The notes beneath the pieces are model-generated. The model saw only the letters and a list, made by a program, of their open reading frames with translations, did no database searches and had not been told where the DNA came from. 64,000 bases of DNA from Escherichia phage Mt1B1_P17, in sequence record NC_052662.1; one strand, given 5' to 3'. Position numbers and translations under genes: made by a program. This document shows positions 18,352 through 28,001 of the stretch, one piece after another. The stretch's first letter is position 1; each line of letters begins with the position of its first letter.

Positions 18352-18783
18352 ATGCGTATGACAATCGATCTGAATGCAAAAGTTAAAGCTGCTGGTGCTC
18401 TGGGTGCTGGTGTTATTAAACACAAACAAGCGTTGGCATTTGCCATCCCACATATGATTGTTGAGGATCATCCTGAAGAGTTTGCTGTAAAAGTTGTTGA
18501 GAACAATGTTTCTGTTATTGAACATATCCCAACTGGACGTTCTTACCGTGTTGTTTCTTCTAAAGGTTTCCGTTTCGATGTAAGCCCTTCTTTCACAAAA
18601 GGTGCTGGTCGTAGTAAAGTGGGTATTCTTTCTTACAAATATTATATCGATAAAGTTGCAGATGGTGTTGCATTCTGTCGTGTAAGTGAAGGTAAAGTAG
18701 ATATCATCTTTAAAAATACTAAAAACATGGTTATTTCTGATGATGGTAAAGTTGACCTCACTATTGAGTTCGCTAACAACTAA
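18352..18783 (+). CDS. Hypothetical protein
   Basis: ORF, 143 aa, downstream of consensus-like promoter. Confidence 0.45.
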   Translation: MRMTIDLNAKVKAAGALGAGVIKHKQALAFAIPHMIVEDHPEEFAVKVVENNVSVIEHIPTGRSYRVVSSKGFRFDVSPSFTKGAGRSKVGILSYKYYIDKVADGVAFCRVSEGKVDIIFKNTKNMVISDDGKVDLTIEFANN

Positions 18784-18792
18784 GGAGGACTA

Positions 18793-19587
18793 TTGAGCAA
18801 GTTGAACACACTTGATCAATATTACACTAACCCCGCTTATGCGGGGTTCTTATGTGATAAGATCAAAGAAATTTTTGGAGAGGAAGCTAACTACGTAGAA
18901 CCATCTGCGGGAGAAGGAGCTTTCTCTTCTTGTTTTAAAAACATAACTTCTTTTGATATTGACCCTAAGTTTGAAGATTGTATTGAGGCAGATTTTTTAG
19001 CTCAATCTGTTGAGTCTGTTGGTAGTGTAACTGCTTTTGTCGGTAATCCTCCATTTGGAAAAAATGCTAGTCTTGCCATTAAATTCTTTAACCATTGTGC
19101 TGAAATGCTGGATAACGAAGGTGGTATTTGTTTTATCTTGCCTCGCACATTTCAAAAAATCTTTTTTGCACACAAGCTAAATCCCCATATGCATCTTCTT
19201 TACGAAGAAGAATGTCCAAAAGGATCTTTTATTCTTCATGGAGAACCTTGGGATGTTCCTTGTGTATTCCAGGTATGGATTAAACGCAACGAGAAGCGTT
19301 CTCCCGTTGTTTTAGGAGAGAATCGACTATTCGTATTAGGTAACAGTAAAGACTACGATATAGCCGTTAGGAGAGCGGGAGCAAGTGCAGGTAAAGTGTT
19401 ATCAGAAGAAGATTCTTTATCTGAAGCATCTACCTATTTTTTAAAAGCCTTGACTTCTGATCTTAAAACGCGTATCATTGAGGCTTACCCGTTACTTAAA
19501 GCTGAAGCTAGTAAAACTGCGGGAGTAAGAAGTTTAAGTTTAAAAGAACTTCAGTGGGTTCTGGAGAACATTAGAAAGGAGGAATAG
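18793..19587 (+). CDS. DNA N6-adenine methyltransferase-like protein
   Basis: TTG start after AAGGAGG; SAM-binding-like EPSAGEGAF and catalytic NPPF motif. Confidence 0.5.
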   Translation: MSKLNTLDQYYTNPAYAGFLCDKIKEIFGEEANYVEPSAGEGAFSSCFKNITSFDIDPKFEDCIEADFLAQSVESVGSVTAFVGNPPFGKNASLAIKFFNHCAEMLDNEGGICFILPRTFQKIFFAHKLNPHMHLLYEEECPKGSFILHGEPWDVPCVFQVWIKRNEKRSPVVLGENRLFVLGNSKDYDIAVRRAGASAGKVLSEEDSLSEASTYFLKALTSDLKTRIIEAYPLLKAEASKTAGVRSLSLKELQWVLENIRKEE

Positions 19588-22184
19588 TGAGTAAGTTTAC
19601 ATGGGATATTGAAGCAAACGGATTGTTGAATAATGACACTATTGATTATTTAGCTAGTCCTTATCGTCTCAAAGACACATTTCAAATGCACTGTATTGTC
19701 TTAGAGAACCATGAAACAGGAGAAATAGTAGCTTTCCACGATGGCCCTAAATACATCTTTGATGGGCGTCCTTATGAAGAGTCAGATGGTAAATACACAT
19801 ATGTTCTTAAAGAGTATGTGGCGCAAGATTACACACATTTTCAACTAAAAGATTTCCCAGATTTTATTAATCATGAAGGTTATTTTAAAGACAAGCCTGA
19901 ATATCTGGTTGAAATGGCTGTGGCTCACAACGGTATCAACTACGACTGGTTGGCTACAAAACTGTTTTATGGATTAGATTACAGTGTTAAATATAATACG
20001 TGGGGCAAAAATAAGGTAAAACTTATTGACTCCTTGATTTTGAGTAAAGTGTTAAACCCAGATCGAAAGATTGAGGGCAAATCAGGACATAGCTTGGCAG
20101 CACTTTCTCGAAAAGCAGGTGGTGATGTAAAAATAGATTTCCGTAAAGAGATTCCAGAAGAAGATCGATTTAAGACTTTTGCTGCGGATATGCTTTATTA
20201 CTGTATCTATGACAACAAAGCCAATACGAGCGTATATAATTACCTTATGGAAGAATGGGGTGATTATGATAAATGGGAAGGTCCATTTGAACTTGAACAA
20301 CGTGTAGCAGACATTATTACACGCCAGGAACACCGTGGGTTTGCTTTTAACATGAAACAAGCAGAAGAGAACCTTGCTTTTTTGGATGCAGAAATGGAGC
20401 GTCTTCGTTTACTCGTTGAGCCTATTTTGCCACCTAAACCAGCAACAAAAGGTTATCTTAAGGCTTTTATTCCACCTAAGTTGCAAATTAAAAAGAACTT
20501 AGAGCCAACTAACCATATGATCAATTTTGCTAAGAAACATGATGGTCATTTGGAAGAGAGGGATGGCGATTGGTGGTTAGTTATGTTGGGGAAAGAGTGG
20601 AAACTGCCAGTTGCAGCAGATGAGCCTCTATGTGATCCTAACATTCCTGCAACATTGAACGATACAACCCATATTAAAAACTGGCTTGTAGGATTAGGTT
20701 GGGTACCGTCTGAATATAAAGATAAAGACTTGACTCTTAAATCTGGCACCAAGATTAAAAAGAGCGAGGAAGAACTTCAGAAAGGTATTCGAGCTTACGT
20801 TGAGCAAACCCTATCTTCTAATTTTTGTCAGGATCGTTGTGATCATCTGGAGTGCACACCGGAAACCCTGGAAAGGAAGATTCAAGAGCGTATAGCAAAA
20901 GGTAAAGGTCGCGGTCTTAAAGTATTGACTAACCCGTGTTTTACCAAAGGTCAGGAAAAAGAAATTTGTCCTAACCTGCAAGCTTTGGGTGAGAAGTTTC
21001 CTTATGCTACACAGATTGTAGAATACTTAACGTATAAGCATCGTAGGAACTCTATTTTAGGTGGCGGTGCTGATTGGGAAGAAGATGAAGAAGATCAAGA
21101 ATACGATAAAGGTTTCTTAGCCGCAGTAAGGGCGGATGGGCGTATTCCTACCCCAGCCGCTACATGTGATGCTGCAACCTCTCGTATGAAGCATAGATCT
21201 GTAGCTAATATTCCTCGTGTCACATCTTTGTTTGGATGGGAGATGCGTAACTTGTTTGGTGTAGAGGTTCCTAAATACTTCCAGATCGGCTACGATTTCG
21301 ACTCTTTGGAAGCAAAAATTGAATCACACTACTGTTGGCGGTACGAGCCGGAGCCACACGAATATTGTAACGCTCTGTTGTTAGAGAAACCTAATGATGT
21401 TCACACAATGATGGCAAAACGTATCACTGAAACTATTGGACGTAAATTTGAACGTAGTCCTGCTAAATCTGTTAAGTATGGTATTACCTATGGTGCACAA
21501 GCCGACAAGGTTGCTAAAACAATTGGTAGCGATAAGTTTACAGGTCAATTGGTGTTTGATGCTTTCTGGGAAGCTGCATTCCCATTGGCGCGTCTTAAAG
21601 AACGTTTAAACGATTTCTGGGTTAAGACTGGTAAACAATATGTTTTGGGTATTGACGGTCGTAAGGTTCCTACTCGTTCTGCTCACGCGATTCTTAACTC
21701 TCTATTCCAAAGCGGCGGGGTTATCTGTGCTAAACGTGCAATGGTTATTTATGACGACATGATCGAAGAAGAAGGGCTAAGTGTTGACTTCTTTAAAGAT
21801 GACTGGAAGAATAAAGACTTCGTGCAACAAATGATCGCATATCACGATGAAGCCCAGCTTGAAGTTTCTCGTAACCTTGTAGAATTTAAATGGTTTTCAC
21901 CTGAATCATTAGGTTGGAAGAAAGTAGACGATCCTGAAGAACAAAAGAAAATTGATAAAGAATGCCTTGCTAAAGTTGAAGAATGGAAGCATAATAAGGA
22001 AAAAGAGACGGGACAAATTTGGGCTAACATTCATGAATCTCCCAAAGGTGGATGGTTTACAGCCTATAGTCGGGCAGGTGAACTCGCTGCTTTAGCTGTT
22101 ACTAAGGCTGGAGAATTTTACAATCTTAATGTTCAGCTTACTGCCGGATATGATGTGGGTAACTCCTGGGCATCCTGTCATTGA
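19587..22184 (+). CDS. DNA polymerase, family A, with 3'-5' exonuclease domain
   Basis: GTG start; Exo I-like DIEANG near N-terminus; KYGITYGAQ (motif B-like) and YHDEAQLEV (motif C-like). Confidence 0.75.
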   Translation: MSKFTWDIEANGLLNNDTIDYLASPYRLKDTFQMHCIVLENHETGEIVAFHDGPKYIFDGRPYEESDGKYTYVLKEYVAQDYTHFQLKDFPDFINHEGYFKDKPEYLVEMAVAHNGINYDWLATKLFYGLDYSVKYNTWGKNKVKLIDSLILSKVLNPDRKIEGKSGHSLAALSRKAGGDVKIDFRKEIPEEDRFKTFAADMLYYCIYDNKANTSVYNYLMEEWGDYDKWEGPFELEQRVADIITRQEHRGFAFNMKQAEENLAFLDAEMERLRLLVEPILPPKPATKGYLKAFIPPKLQIKKNLEPTNHMINFAKKHDGHLEERDGDWWLVMLGKEWKLPVAADEPLCDPNIPATLNDTTHIKNWLVGLGWVPSEYKDKDLTLKSGTKIKKSEEELQKGIRAYVEQTLSSNFCQDRCDHLECTPETLERKIQERIAKGKGRGLKVLTNPCFTKGQEKEICPNLQALGEKFPYATQIVEYLTYKHRRNSILGGGADWEEDEEDQEYDKGFLAAVRADGRIPTPAATCDAATSRMKHRSVANIPRVTSLFGWEMRNLFGVEVPKYFQIGYDFDSLEAKIESHYCWRYEPEPHEYCNALLLEKPNDVHTMMAKRITETIGRKFERSPAKSVKYGITYGAQADKVAKTIGSDKFTGQLVFDAFWEAAFPLARLKERLNDFWVKTGKQYVLGIDGRKVPTRSAHAILNSLFQSGGVICAKRAMVIYDDMIEEEGLSVDFFKDDWKNKDFVQQMIAYHDEAQLEVSRNLVEFKWFSPESLGWKKVDDPEEQKKIDKECLAKVEEWKHNKEKETGQIWANIHESPKGGWFTAYSRAGELAALAVTKAGEFYNLNVQLTAGYDVGNSWASCH

Positions 22185-22202
22185 TCTAACGTATTGTTTT
22201 AT

Positions 22203-22224
22203 AAGGGGCTTCTGCCCCTTTATA
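22203..22224 (+). terminator. Rho-independent terminator-like hairpin
   Basis: GGGGC-TTCT-GCCCC followed by TTTATA. Confidence 0.5.
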
Positions 22225-22233
22225 GGAGAAGAT

Positions 22234-22425
22234 ATGAGTTACGATTTAGATTATTTTGGTATGCCTTACCTACCAGATGAATTTGAAGGCGAAGAAGAAC
22301 GTGAATGGGACGATGGGGATATCCGTTGTTGGTCTTGTGGTAAAGATATGTCTTATGAACAACATATGCACAATGATGGTTTCTGCATACATTGTTATAA
22401 TGAAATTGATTTGGAGGAAGATTAA
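22234..22425 (+). CDS. Small Cys-rich protein
   Basis: ATG after AGGAGAAG; CWSCG...CIHC pattern; acidic C-terminus. Confidence 0.35.
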   Translation: MSYDLDYFGMPYLPDEFEGEEEREWDDGDIRCWSCGKDMSYEQHMHNDGFCIHCYNEIDLEED

Positions 22426-22592
22426 TGGGAAATGGTATCATGATTTGCTATAAAATTGTGCGTATTGTCGGAGACGAAGTTACCACTCGGTATTTTATGA
22501 TAGAGTCTCAAGCCGATGAGGTTTATAATGACTGGCTTGAAAAAGGTGGATACGATTTTGTATCTAAAGAAACTTTCCGTTTAGAAGTATAA
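22425..22592 (+). CDS. Hypothetical small protein, 55 aa
   Basis: ATG overlapping previous stop, GGAGGAAG RBS; below ORF-track cutoff. Confidence 0.3.
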   Translation: MGNGIMICYKIVRIVGDEVTTRYFMIESQADEVYNDWLEKGGYDFVSKETFRLEV

Positions 22593-22602
22593 GGAGAAAA
22601 CA

Positions 22603-22821
22603 ATGCGTAAATTAGTGAGCTTTAATGTTTCAATTCTTGTTGATGAACAAAATGAAGATGTTATTAAAGGTCTTGCAAATAAGATTGCAGGTGGAATGAC
22701 GGAAGCTGAAGTGTGGGAAGAATGTGCTCGACTTTATGAGGAAGGTGTTATTGAGGTCTTGGGGGATGAGATTAATATGGACGATGTTGTAAAAGTAACT
22801 GTGGAGCGTATCAATGACTAA
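22603..22821 (+). CDS. Hypothetical protein
   Basis: ORF, 72 aa; RBS AAGGAGAA. Confidence 0.4.
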   Translation: MRKLVSFNVSILVDEQNEDVIKGLANKIAGGMTEAEVWEECARLYEEGVIEVLGDEINMDDVVKVTVERIND

Positions 22822-23407
22822 ATCAAAACAAATCAATATTGCCAAAGAAATTCTTACCGTATTAAAGATCGCTGATCCTAATTCTGTCTTGGCTGGCGGT
22901 GCTGTTCGTGATTGGCGTATTCTTGATATTGCTGGACGTGATCTGGATTTCTATACATCCCTTCCTGCACATCGGACTGAAGAACAAATACAAGGATTAA
23001 TTGCATCTGCTTTAATGGGAACCAATATTCGTAAACTAGGAAACAAAGAGGCTTCTGACAATTATGAAGGTGTTACTGGTCTTAAACACGTTTTTGAGTT
23101 TGAACGTGATGGTCAGCTTTGCAACCTTATGATTATGGAACCAAGCGTAATGACAACCTTTCTAAATGAGTTCGATCTGTCCATCTGCCAGGCTGCATTT
23201 GATGGGAAGGACTGTTATTATTCTAAAGATTTTGAAACAACCTTGGAAACAGGGATCTGCTTCTTGCACAAAGATGTTAGAGAAGATGCCAAACATGTTA
23301 TTAAAATTGCTACACGTTTTCCATATCTTCGTTTTGTGAAAGAGGTTAAGGTTCCACGTCCACCTCAAGTAGATACCAGATTGGAAGAAGATGATATTCC
23401 TTGGTAA
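22814..23407 (+). CDS. Minimal nucleotidyltransferase, CCA-adding/poly(A) polymerase class II head-domain type
   Basis: GGAVRD followed by DLDF, then EFDLSICQAAFD, as in class II tRNA nucleotidyltransferase heads; only 197 aa. Confidence 0.55.
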   Translation: MTKSKQINIAKEILTVLKIADPNSVLAGGAVRDWRILDIAGRDLDFYTSLPAHRTEEQIQGLIASALMGTNIRKLGNKEASDNYEGVTGLKHVFEFERDGQLCNLMIMEPSVMTTFLNEFDLSICQAAFDGKDCYYSKDFETTLETGICFLHKDVREDAKHVIKIATRFPYLRFVKEVKVPRPPQVDTRLEEDDIPW

Positions 23408-23452
23408 TTAAAGCTTGACAATATTAAACATTTTATGATAGGATAGCATTCA

Positions 23453-23845
23453 ATGACTGAACGTTCTAAGATAGCTGTTGAAACTGTTTATGGAAACTAT
23501 ACCAGTTTGACACTAGTTGAGAAAAATGTTGTAGGTCTTGACAACTCTTTTTATTTTCAAATTTTGGTTATTCAAGGTGGAAACAAGAAGCTAACTGCTC
23601 GTGTTGAAACCTCTGAAATAATTGAAACCACTGTTACAAACAAAGAATTCATTTCACTGCAAGATACAATCCGAAACGTTATAGACGAAGAAGGCAAAGC
23701 TGCCACAATTAAACTCGGAGGTTTCCCAGTGCAAATAGTTCATTTTCCTAATGGTGAAATTGGAGTTGGAATAGGTAAAGGTAAATACCTGTTAGAGCAA
23801 GATGATATGGAAAGACTCCGCTCTTTCTGTGCAAAATTAATGTAA
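23453..23845 (+). CDS. Hypothetical protein
   Basis: ORF, 130 aa. Confidence 0.45.
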   Translation: MTERSKIAVETVYGNYTSLTLVEKNVVGLDNSFYFQILVIQGGNKKLTARVETSEIIETTVTNKEFISLQDTIRNVIDEEGKAATIKLGGFPVQIVHFPNGEIGVGIGKGKYLLEQDDMERLRSFCAKLM

Positions 23846-23861
23846 TGTAGAGGAGATAATA

Positions 23862-24794
23862 ATGTCCGTAATTAATACTGAAACTGATCGTAAAGGCAAA
23901 ACCGTAACTTATGCAACTGGTATCGTAGACTACGTTAAACTGGATAAATTCGCTGAACCTAAAACTTTTCATTGGGAAGGAAAAACGATTGTTTCAACTC
24001 ACCGAGCTTCTCTTGTTCTGAAAGAGAAAGGTGCTAAACCAGATGAGAAAGGTGTTTGGATTTCTCTTGGTGACATTGAACTGAAAGAAGGTTATGAAAA
24101 CCTGCAAGTCAAAGAAGGTGATAATTGGATCACTATTGAAAAAGGTGTAGAAGTAAGTATTGATATTGATCGCGTTGATAATAAAGGCGGTAAAACTTAC
24201 TACAATACTAAAAAATCTCGTATTACAGTATTGTCTACCGATGGTGTTCAGAAGTCTAACAAATCTTCTGGCAATAAAGGTTCCAACGATGCTGCTCCTA
24301 AGCAGTCCTATAAAAAACGTGATACCGTAGGCCTGGAAACTGGTCACGCAGTAAATGGTGCACTGGAACTGATTCGTAATGGTGTTAAAGGCGATGCTTT
24401 CGATATCGCTGGGGTTGTTCAATCTGCAACTGTCACACTGAAATCGGAAATTGCTGAATCTCGTGGCGTTGATATTAATGATTATGATCTTGGGGCGTCT
24501 GTTGGTCACGCTATCCTCAATGCTTGTAAAGACCATACCATTAAGACTGTATCTGTAGAAGATTTGATTGACTCTGCTCGTAAAGTTCTAGCTTTGTCTG
24601 ATAAAGTTGCTGCTGCCATTCGTGGTTCCGTAGAACAACCTAAGAAAGAAGAGAAGAAAGAAGTTAAAAAGCCTGAACCACAACCAGAACCAACTCCAAG
24701 TAATCAAGAAGAACCTCCAATGGACTTCGATGATGATATTCCATTTGCCCCTATTGGACTGCAATATGGTCGAAACTTCCTGCATTGCTTCTAA
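23862..24794 (+). CDS. ssb: Single-stranded DNA-binding protein
   Basis: C-terminal acidic tail DFDDDIPF matching bacterial SSB tip; Pro/Glu/Lys-rich linker before tail. Confidence 0.55.
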   Translation: MSVINTETDRKGKTVTYATGIVDYVKLDKFAEPKTFHWEGKTIVSTHRASLVLKEKGAKPDEKGVWISLGDIELKEGYENLQVKEGDNWITIEKGVEVSIDIDRVDNKGGKTYYNTKKSRITVLSTDGVQKSNKSSGNKGSNDAAPKQSYKKRDTVGLETGHAVNGALELIRNGVKGDAFDIAGVVQSATVTLKSEIAESRGVDINDYDLGASVGHAILNACKDHTIKTVSVEDLIDSARKVLALSDKVAAAIRGSVEQPKKEEKKEVKKPEPQPEPTPSNQEEPPMDFDDDIPFAPIGLQYGRNFLHCF

Positions 24795-25260
24795 GGTTTG
24801 TTTCAAGTGCGGGGTGTTAAAGCCCCTCACTGAATTTTACAAACATAAAGCTATGGCTGACGGTCACGTCAATAAATGCAAAGAATGTAATAAGAAAGAT
24901 GTTAAACAGAATCGTAAAGATAAATCTGAATATTACAAAGAGTATGATAAAAACAGAGATCAGACCCCAGAGCGCAAAGCTTTAAAAGAGGCTTACGCAA
25001 AAGGGAAAGGTAAAGATAAGGCTAATGAAGCTAAGAAACGTTACATCGAAAAGAATCCGAAAAAACGTTCTGCTCATATAGCTGTAGGTAACGCACTACG
25101 AGATGGAAAGTTAATAAAACAACCTTGCCAAGTGTGTGGGTCTGTTGATGTTCATGCTCATCATTGTGATTATGATAAACCGTTAGATGTTCTATGGCTG
25201 TGTCCTCTGCACCATGAAGCTTGGCATCAAGAACATGGGGAAGGGTTGAACGCTGAATAA
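24766..25260 (+). CDS. HNH endonuclease
   Basis: Zinc finger CFKCG...CKEC and HNH core HAHHCDYDKP...WLCPLHHEAWH; start uncertain (may be 24853). Confidence 0.55.
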   Translation: MVETSCIASKVCFKCGVLKPLTEFYKHKAMADGHVNKCKECNKKDVKQNRKDKSEYYKEYDKNRDQTPERKALKEAYAKGKGKDKANEAKKRYIEKNPKKRSAHIAVGNALRDGKLIKQPCQVCGSVDVHAHHCDYDKPLDVLWLCPLHHEAWHQEHGEGLNAE

Positions 25261-25265
25261 AAGAA

Positions 25266-25290
25266 AGGAGCCAAATGGCTCCTTTTCTTA
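25266..25290. terminator. Bidirectional terminator between convergent plus and minus blocks
   Basis: AGGAGCC-AAAT-GGCTCCT hairpin flanked by T-runs on both strands. Confidence 0.55.
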
Positions 25291-27960
25291 TTTATAACCC
25301 GAAGGAATATTGTTATAATCAGAAAGTTTTGTGCAATACCTGAATAGGTAACTATTAGCTACTCCACCTAATGTATTTGTTAATGTTGTTCCTGTTCCTG
25401 TAAGATTTGTGCATCCACTAAAGAAAGAAGATAATGCTCCACGTTTACCACAAACAGTTAACCCTGGGTTGTCATTAAAGATTTTATTAAAATCTGTAAG
25501 TGCTAAACAACCTTGGAATGTAGCTGTTAAAGAGGTCACTTTCGTTGGAATATTATCAAACATTCCTGCTGGAACTTCTGCAAGAGAGGTGCAATCTTTA
25601 AAGGTGTAAGAATATCTTGTAACTTTTGATAGATTCTTAAATAAATCTGAAGGAATAGATGTTAAAGATGTACAACCTTCAAACGTGCTTGACATTGTTG
25701 TCATTGAAGGAAATAAAGTATCACTGAATAATCCTTCAGGGATAGCTGTCAAACTTGTGCAGCCAGAGAAGATACCACTTATAGATGTTCCGGTGTAAGA
25801 TGTGTTACTAAAACAATCAGAAGTTATTCGTCTTAAGTTAGCACAACCTTTTAAGAATTGTGAGGCTGGACTTGTAGAATAACCAATTCTGTTGCCGCCC
25901 CATAATTCTAAAAGATCTGGATTTGCTTCCATAGACACATCAACACTATTCACTACTGAAGCACTTGCAAATTCAATAGCCAGTCTATATTCTCCTGCTG
26001 GATAACTATCCACTGTAGAGAAAGCTTTATTTCTAAATATTACTTTATTTGAAGGTATTACAACGTCATCCACCTTAACTACAAAGTTAGCTGGTGTGAC
26101 AGTACCCGATAAAATTGGGAACGTAATTGCCCCATCTGCCGAGTGGTTGAAATATCCGTTTAGAACCGTTAAACTACTACTCGGAGATGGAGCTAACTCC
26201 TTTCCCGCAACAGCATTCACCGTTAAATAAGAACTATCGGAAGCGGTAACAACACCTTGATACGTAGCTGTGCAACCAATCCTACAACCACCATCACCAA
26301 CACCAGTTATTACACCAGTTGTAGGATCTACTGTAGCAACACTAGGATCTGTAGTTGTATATTCAACAACCATGCCAGGTAAGCTTGCTGCCCCTGTTGG
26401 CGTTATTTCTGCTACCATTGTTTGTGTTGTTCCTACATCCATCGCAGATAAGCTAGGAGTGTAAACGCTCAATGTTGAAGCATATCCTCCAGAGGTATCT
26501 GATAAAGTTGTTCCTTCAGCGTTTAAGGCTGTCATACCTGCATCAAAACCACCTTCTGCATGGAAAGTCATTAAACCAGTAGATGATATTGTCATGTTTG
26601 CAGGGGCAGAAGAAGTGTATTTAATATTGAAAAGTTTACCTCCTTCTGGGCTAACAGAATGTGTCAACTGTTTAGTTCCACCTACAATACAAATTCCTAA
26701 AGAATCTGTAGTTAAGCCAGTTGCCAGAATATCACCCGTAATCACGGAGCTTGCTATTGGTGTGAATTTATTATAGTTTAGACCACTATTGAACAGATAA
26801 GAGGCTTTCCCATCTTTCCAAATACCGGAATAATACATATCTCCATTATAAACGAAAAAGGTTCCTTGATAACCTAATTGGTTAGTAATATCCATATTCA
26901 GCGTATGAACGCTTGTGAGCTTGTTTATATCCCAGGAACCCACTCCTTCAGGTTTAACTGGTTTTCCCACTTGGAGTGGATCTCCGCTCGCAGAATCATA
27001 CCCCAAACCTAAGTTTGCAGTATAGTTCTTACCAATAGCCCACAAGGAATTATTGATCCCAACGAAAAAAGAGTGGCGGCTTGGTGGAAATTTCCATGTT
27101 GAGAAACCTGCTGCAAAGGTATCCAGTTTAGTGTAGGTTGTTTCTGTATTAGACCTGACATATAAGTAGTTTACCGTGCCCGTACCACCGGAGGTATCTC
27201 CTACAACTATTGTCTGGGAAACTGTATTGATGTAATCTTTGACATACACTGTTTCAGTAGTGGATATCGTGGCATTGACAAAAGCGGTTGTTGTGTTATT
27301 ATTACCTGCTAAACCTTTACTGGCTCCACAAACACGCAAGGTTCCCACATTGTTGACATAAGAGCATTGGTTGTAACCTGCATCAAAAGCAATTGCTGCA
27401 CTTGTTATCTGACGAGGAGTAGAAACCTCGTTAGTAGTACTTGCACCTAAACTACCTACTGTGTTTTGACCTGATCCATAAAGAACACCACTATTCATTA
27501 ACCAGAGAGTGTTGTTATATCCTCCCTTAACCTCTTTAAGATTGGCTAAAGAGATAGTCCCTGTTATTACAGATGGAAAGCTGGTCCAAGTAGTTACACA
27601 TGCGTCCGTACCACCTGCTGCTATAGATCCTACCAATCCTGCTGTCAATCCTGAATATTGCCATCCCCCACTGTTAGTTTTAATAACAAAACAACGATCT
27701 GCGGTAAACACATCCGCTACTACAGTAGAAGCTAAGTGGAAATTATTGAATCGTGCACTACGAGTTCCATCTGCAATCTCACCAAAAAGGTTTGCGCCTT
27801 GAGTAAACAATCTACCATCATTAAGCAAAATTGCTAAACTGCTGTTAGAATTACCAGCATTATCTGGGTAATCTAAAGTGATTACTTTTTTAACAATACC
27901 TGCTGGCAGAGGAACGACACCAGTGCTGGTCATAATAGTAAATATTGGAATTGGAAACAT
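25288..27960 (-). CDS. Tail fibre/adhesin with RCC1-like repeats, Big_2-like domain and C-terminal BspA-type leucine-rich repeats
   Basis: Repeats such as NSGVLYGSGQNTVGSLG; Ig-like segment; C-terminal repeats CTSLTAIP / CTSLTSIP / CTSLAEVP. Confidence 0.55.
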   Translation of the reverse strand: MFPIPIFTIMTSTGVVPLPAGIVKKVITLDYPDNAGNSNSSLAILLNDGRLFTQGANLFGEIADGTRSARFNNFHLASTVVADVFTADRCFVIKTNSGGWQYSGLTAGLVGSIAAGGTDACVTTWTSFPSVITGTISLANLKEVKGGYNNTLWLMNSGVLYGSGQNTVGSLGASTTNEVSTPRQITSAAIAFDAGYNQCSYVNNVGTLRVCGASKGLAGNNNTTTAFVNATISTTETVYVKDYINTVSQTIVVGDTSGGTGTVNYLYVRSNTETTYTKLDTFAAGFSTWKFPPSRHSFFVGINNSLWAIGKNYTANLGLGYDSASGDPLQVGKPVKPEGVGSWDINKLTSVHTLNMDITNQLGYQGTFFVYNGDMYYSGIWKDGKASYLFNSGLNYNKFTPIASSVITGDILATGLTTDSLGICIVGGTKQLTHSVSPEGGKLFNIKYTSSAPANMTISSTGLMTFHAEGGFDAGMTALNAEGTTLSDTSGGYASTLSVYTPSLSAMDVGTTQTMVAEITPTGAASLPGMVVEYTTTDPSVATVDPTTGVITGVGDGGCRIGCTATYQGVVTASDSSYLTVNAVAGKELAPSPSSSLTVLNGYFNHSADGAITFPILSGTVTPANFVVKVDDVVIPSNKVIFRNKAFSTVDSYPAGEYRLAIEFASASVVNSVDVSMEANPDLLELWGGNRIGYSTSPASQFLKGCANLRRITSDCFSNTSYTGTSISGIFSGCTSLTAIPEGLFSDTLFPSMTTMSSTFEGCTSLTSIPSDLFKNLSKVTRYSYTFKDCTSLAEVPAGMFDNIPTKVTSLTATFQGCLALTDFNKIFNDNPGLTVCGKRGALSSFFSGCTNLTGTGTTLTNTLGGVANSYLFRYCTKLSDYNNIPSGYK

Positions 27961-27974
27961 TTAAACCCTCCATA

Positions 27975-27997
27975 AAAAGAAAGCCCCTTTCGGGGCT
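27975..27997 (-). terminator. Rho-independent terminator-like hairpin
   Basis: AAGCCCC-GAAA-GGGGCTT on minus strand followed by TCTTTTTAT. Confidence 0.5.
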
Positions 27998-28001
27998 TCT
28001 G

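Noticed and set aside
26270-27802. Several 60-100 aa plus-strand ORFs inside the BspA-LRR fibre gene
   Set aside because: Antisense to a long, well-supported minus-strand gene; no independent start signals
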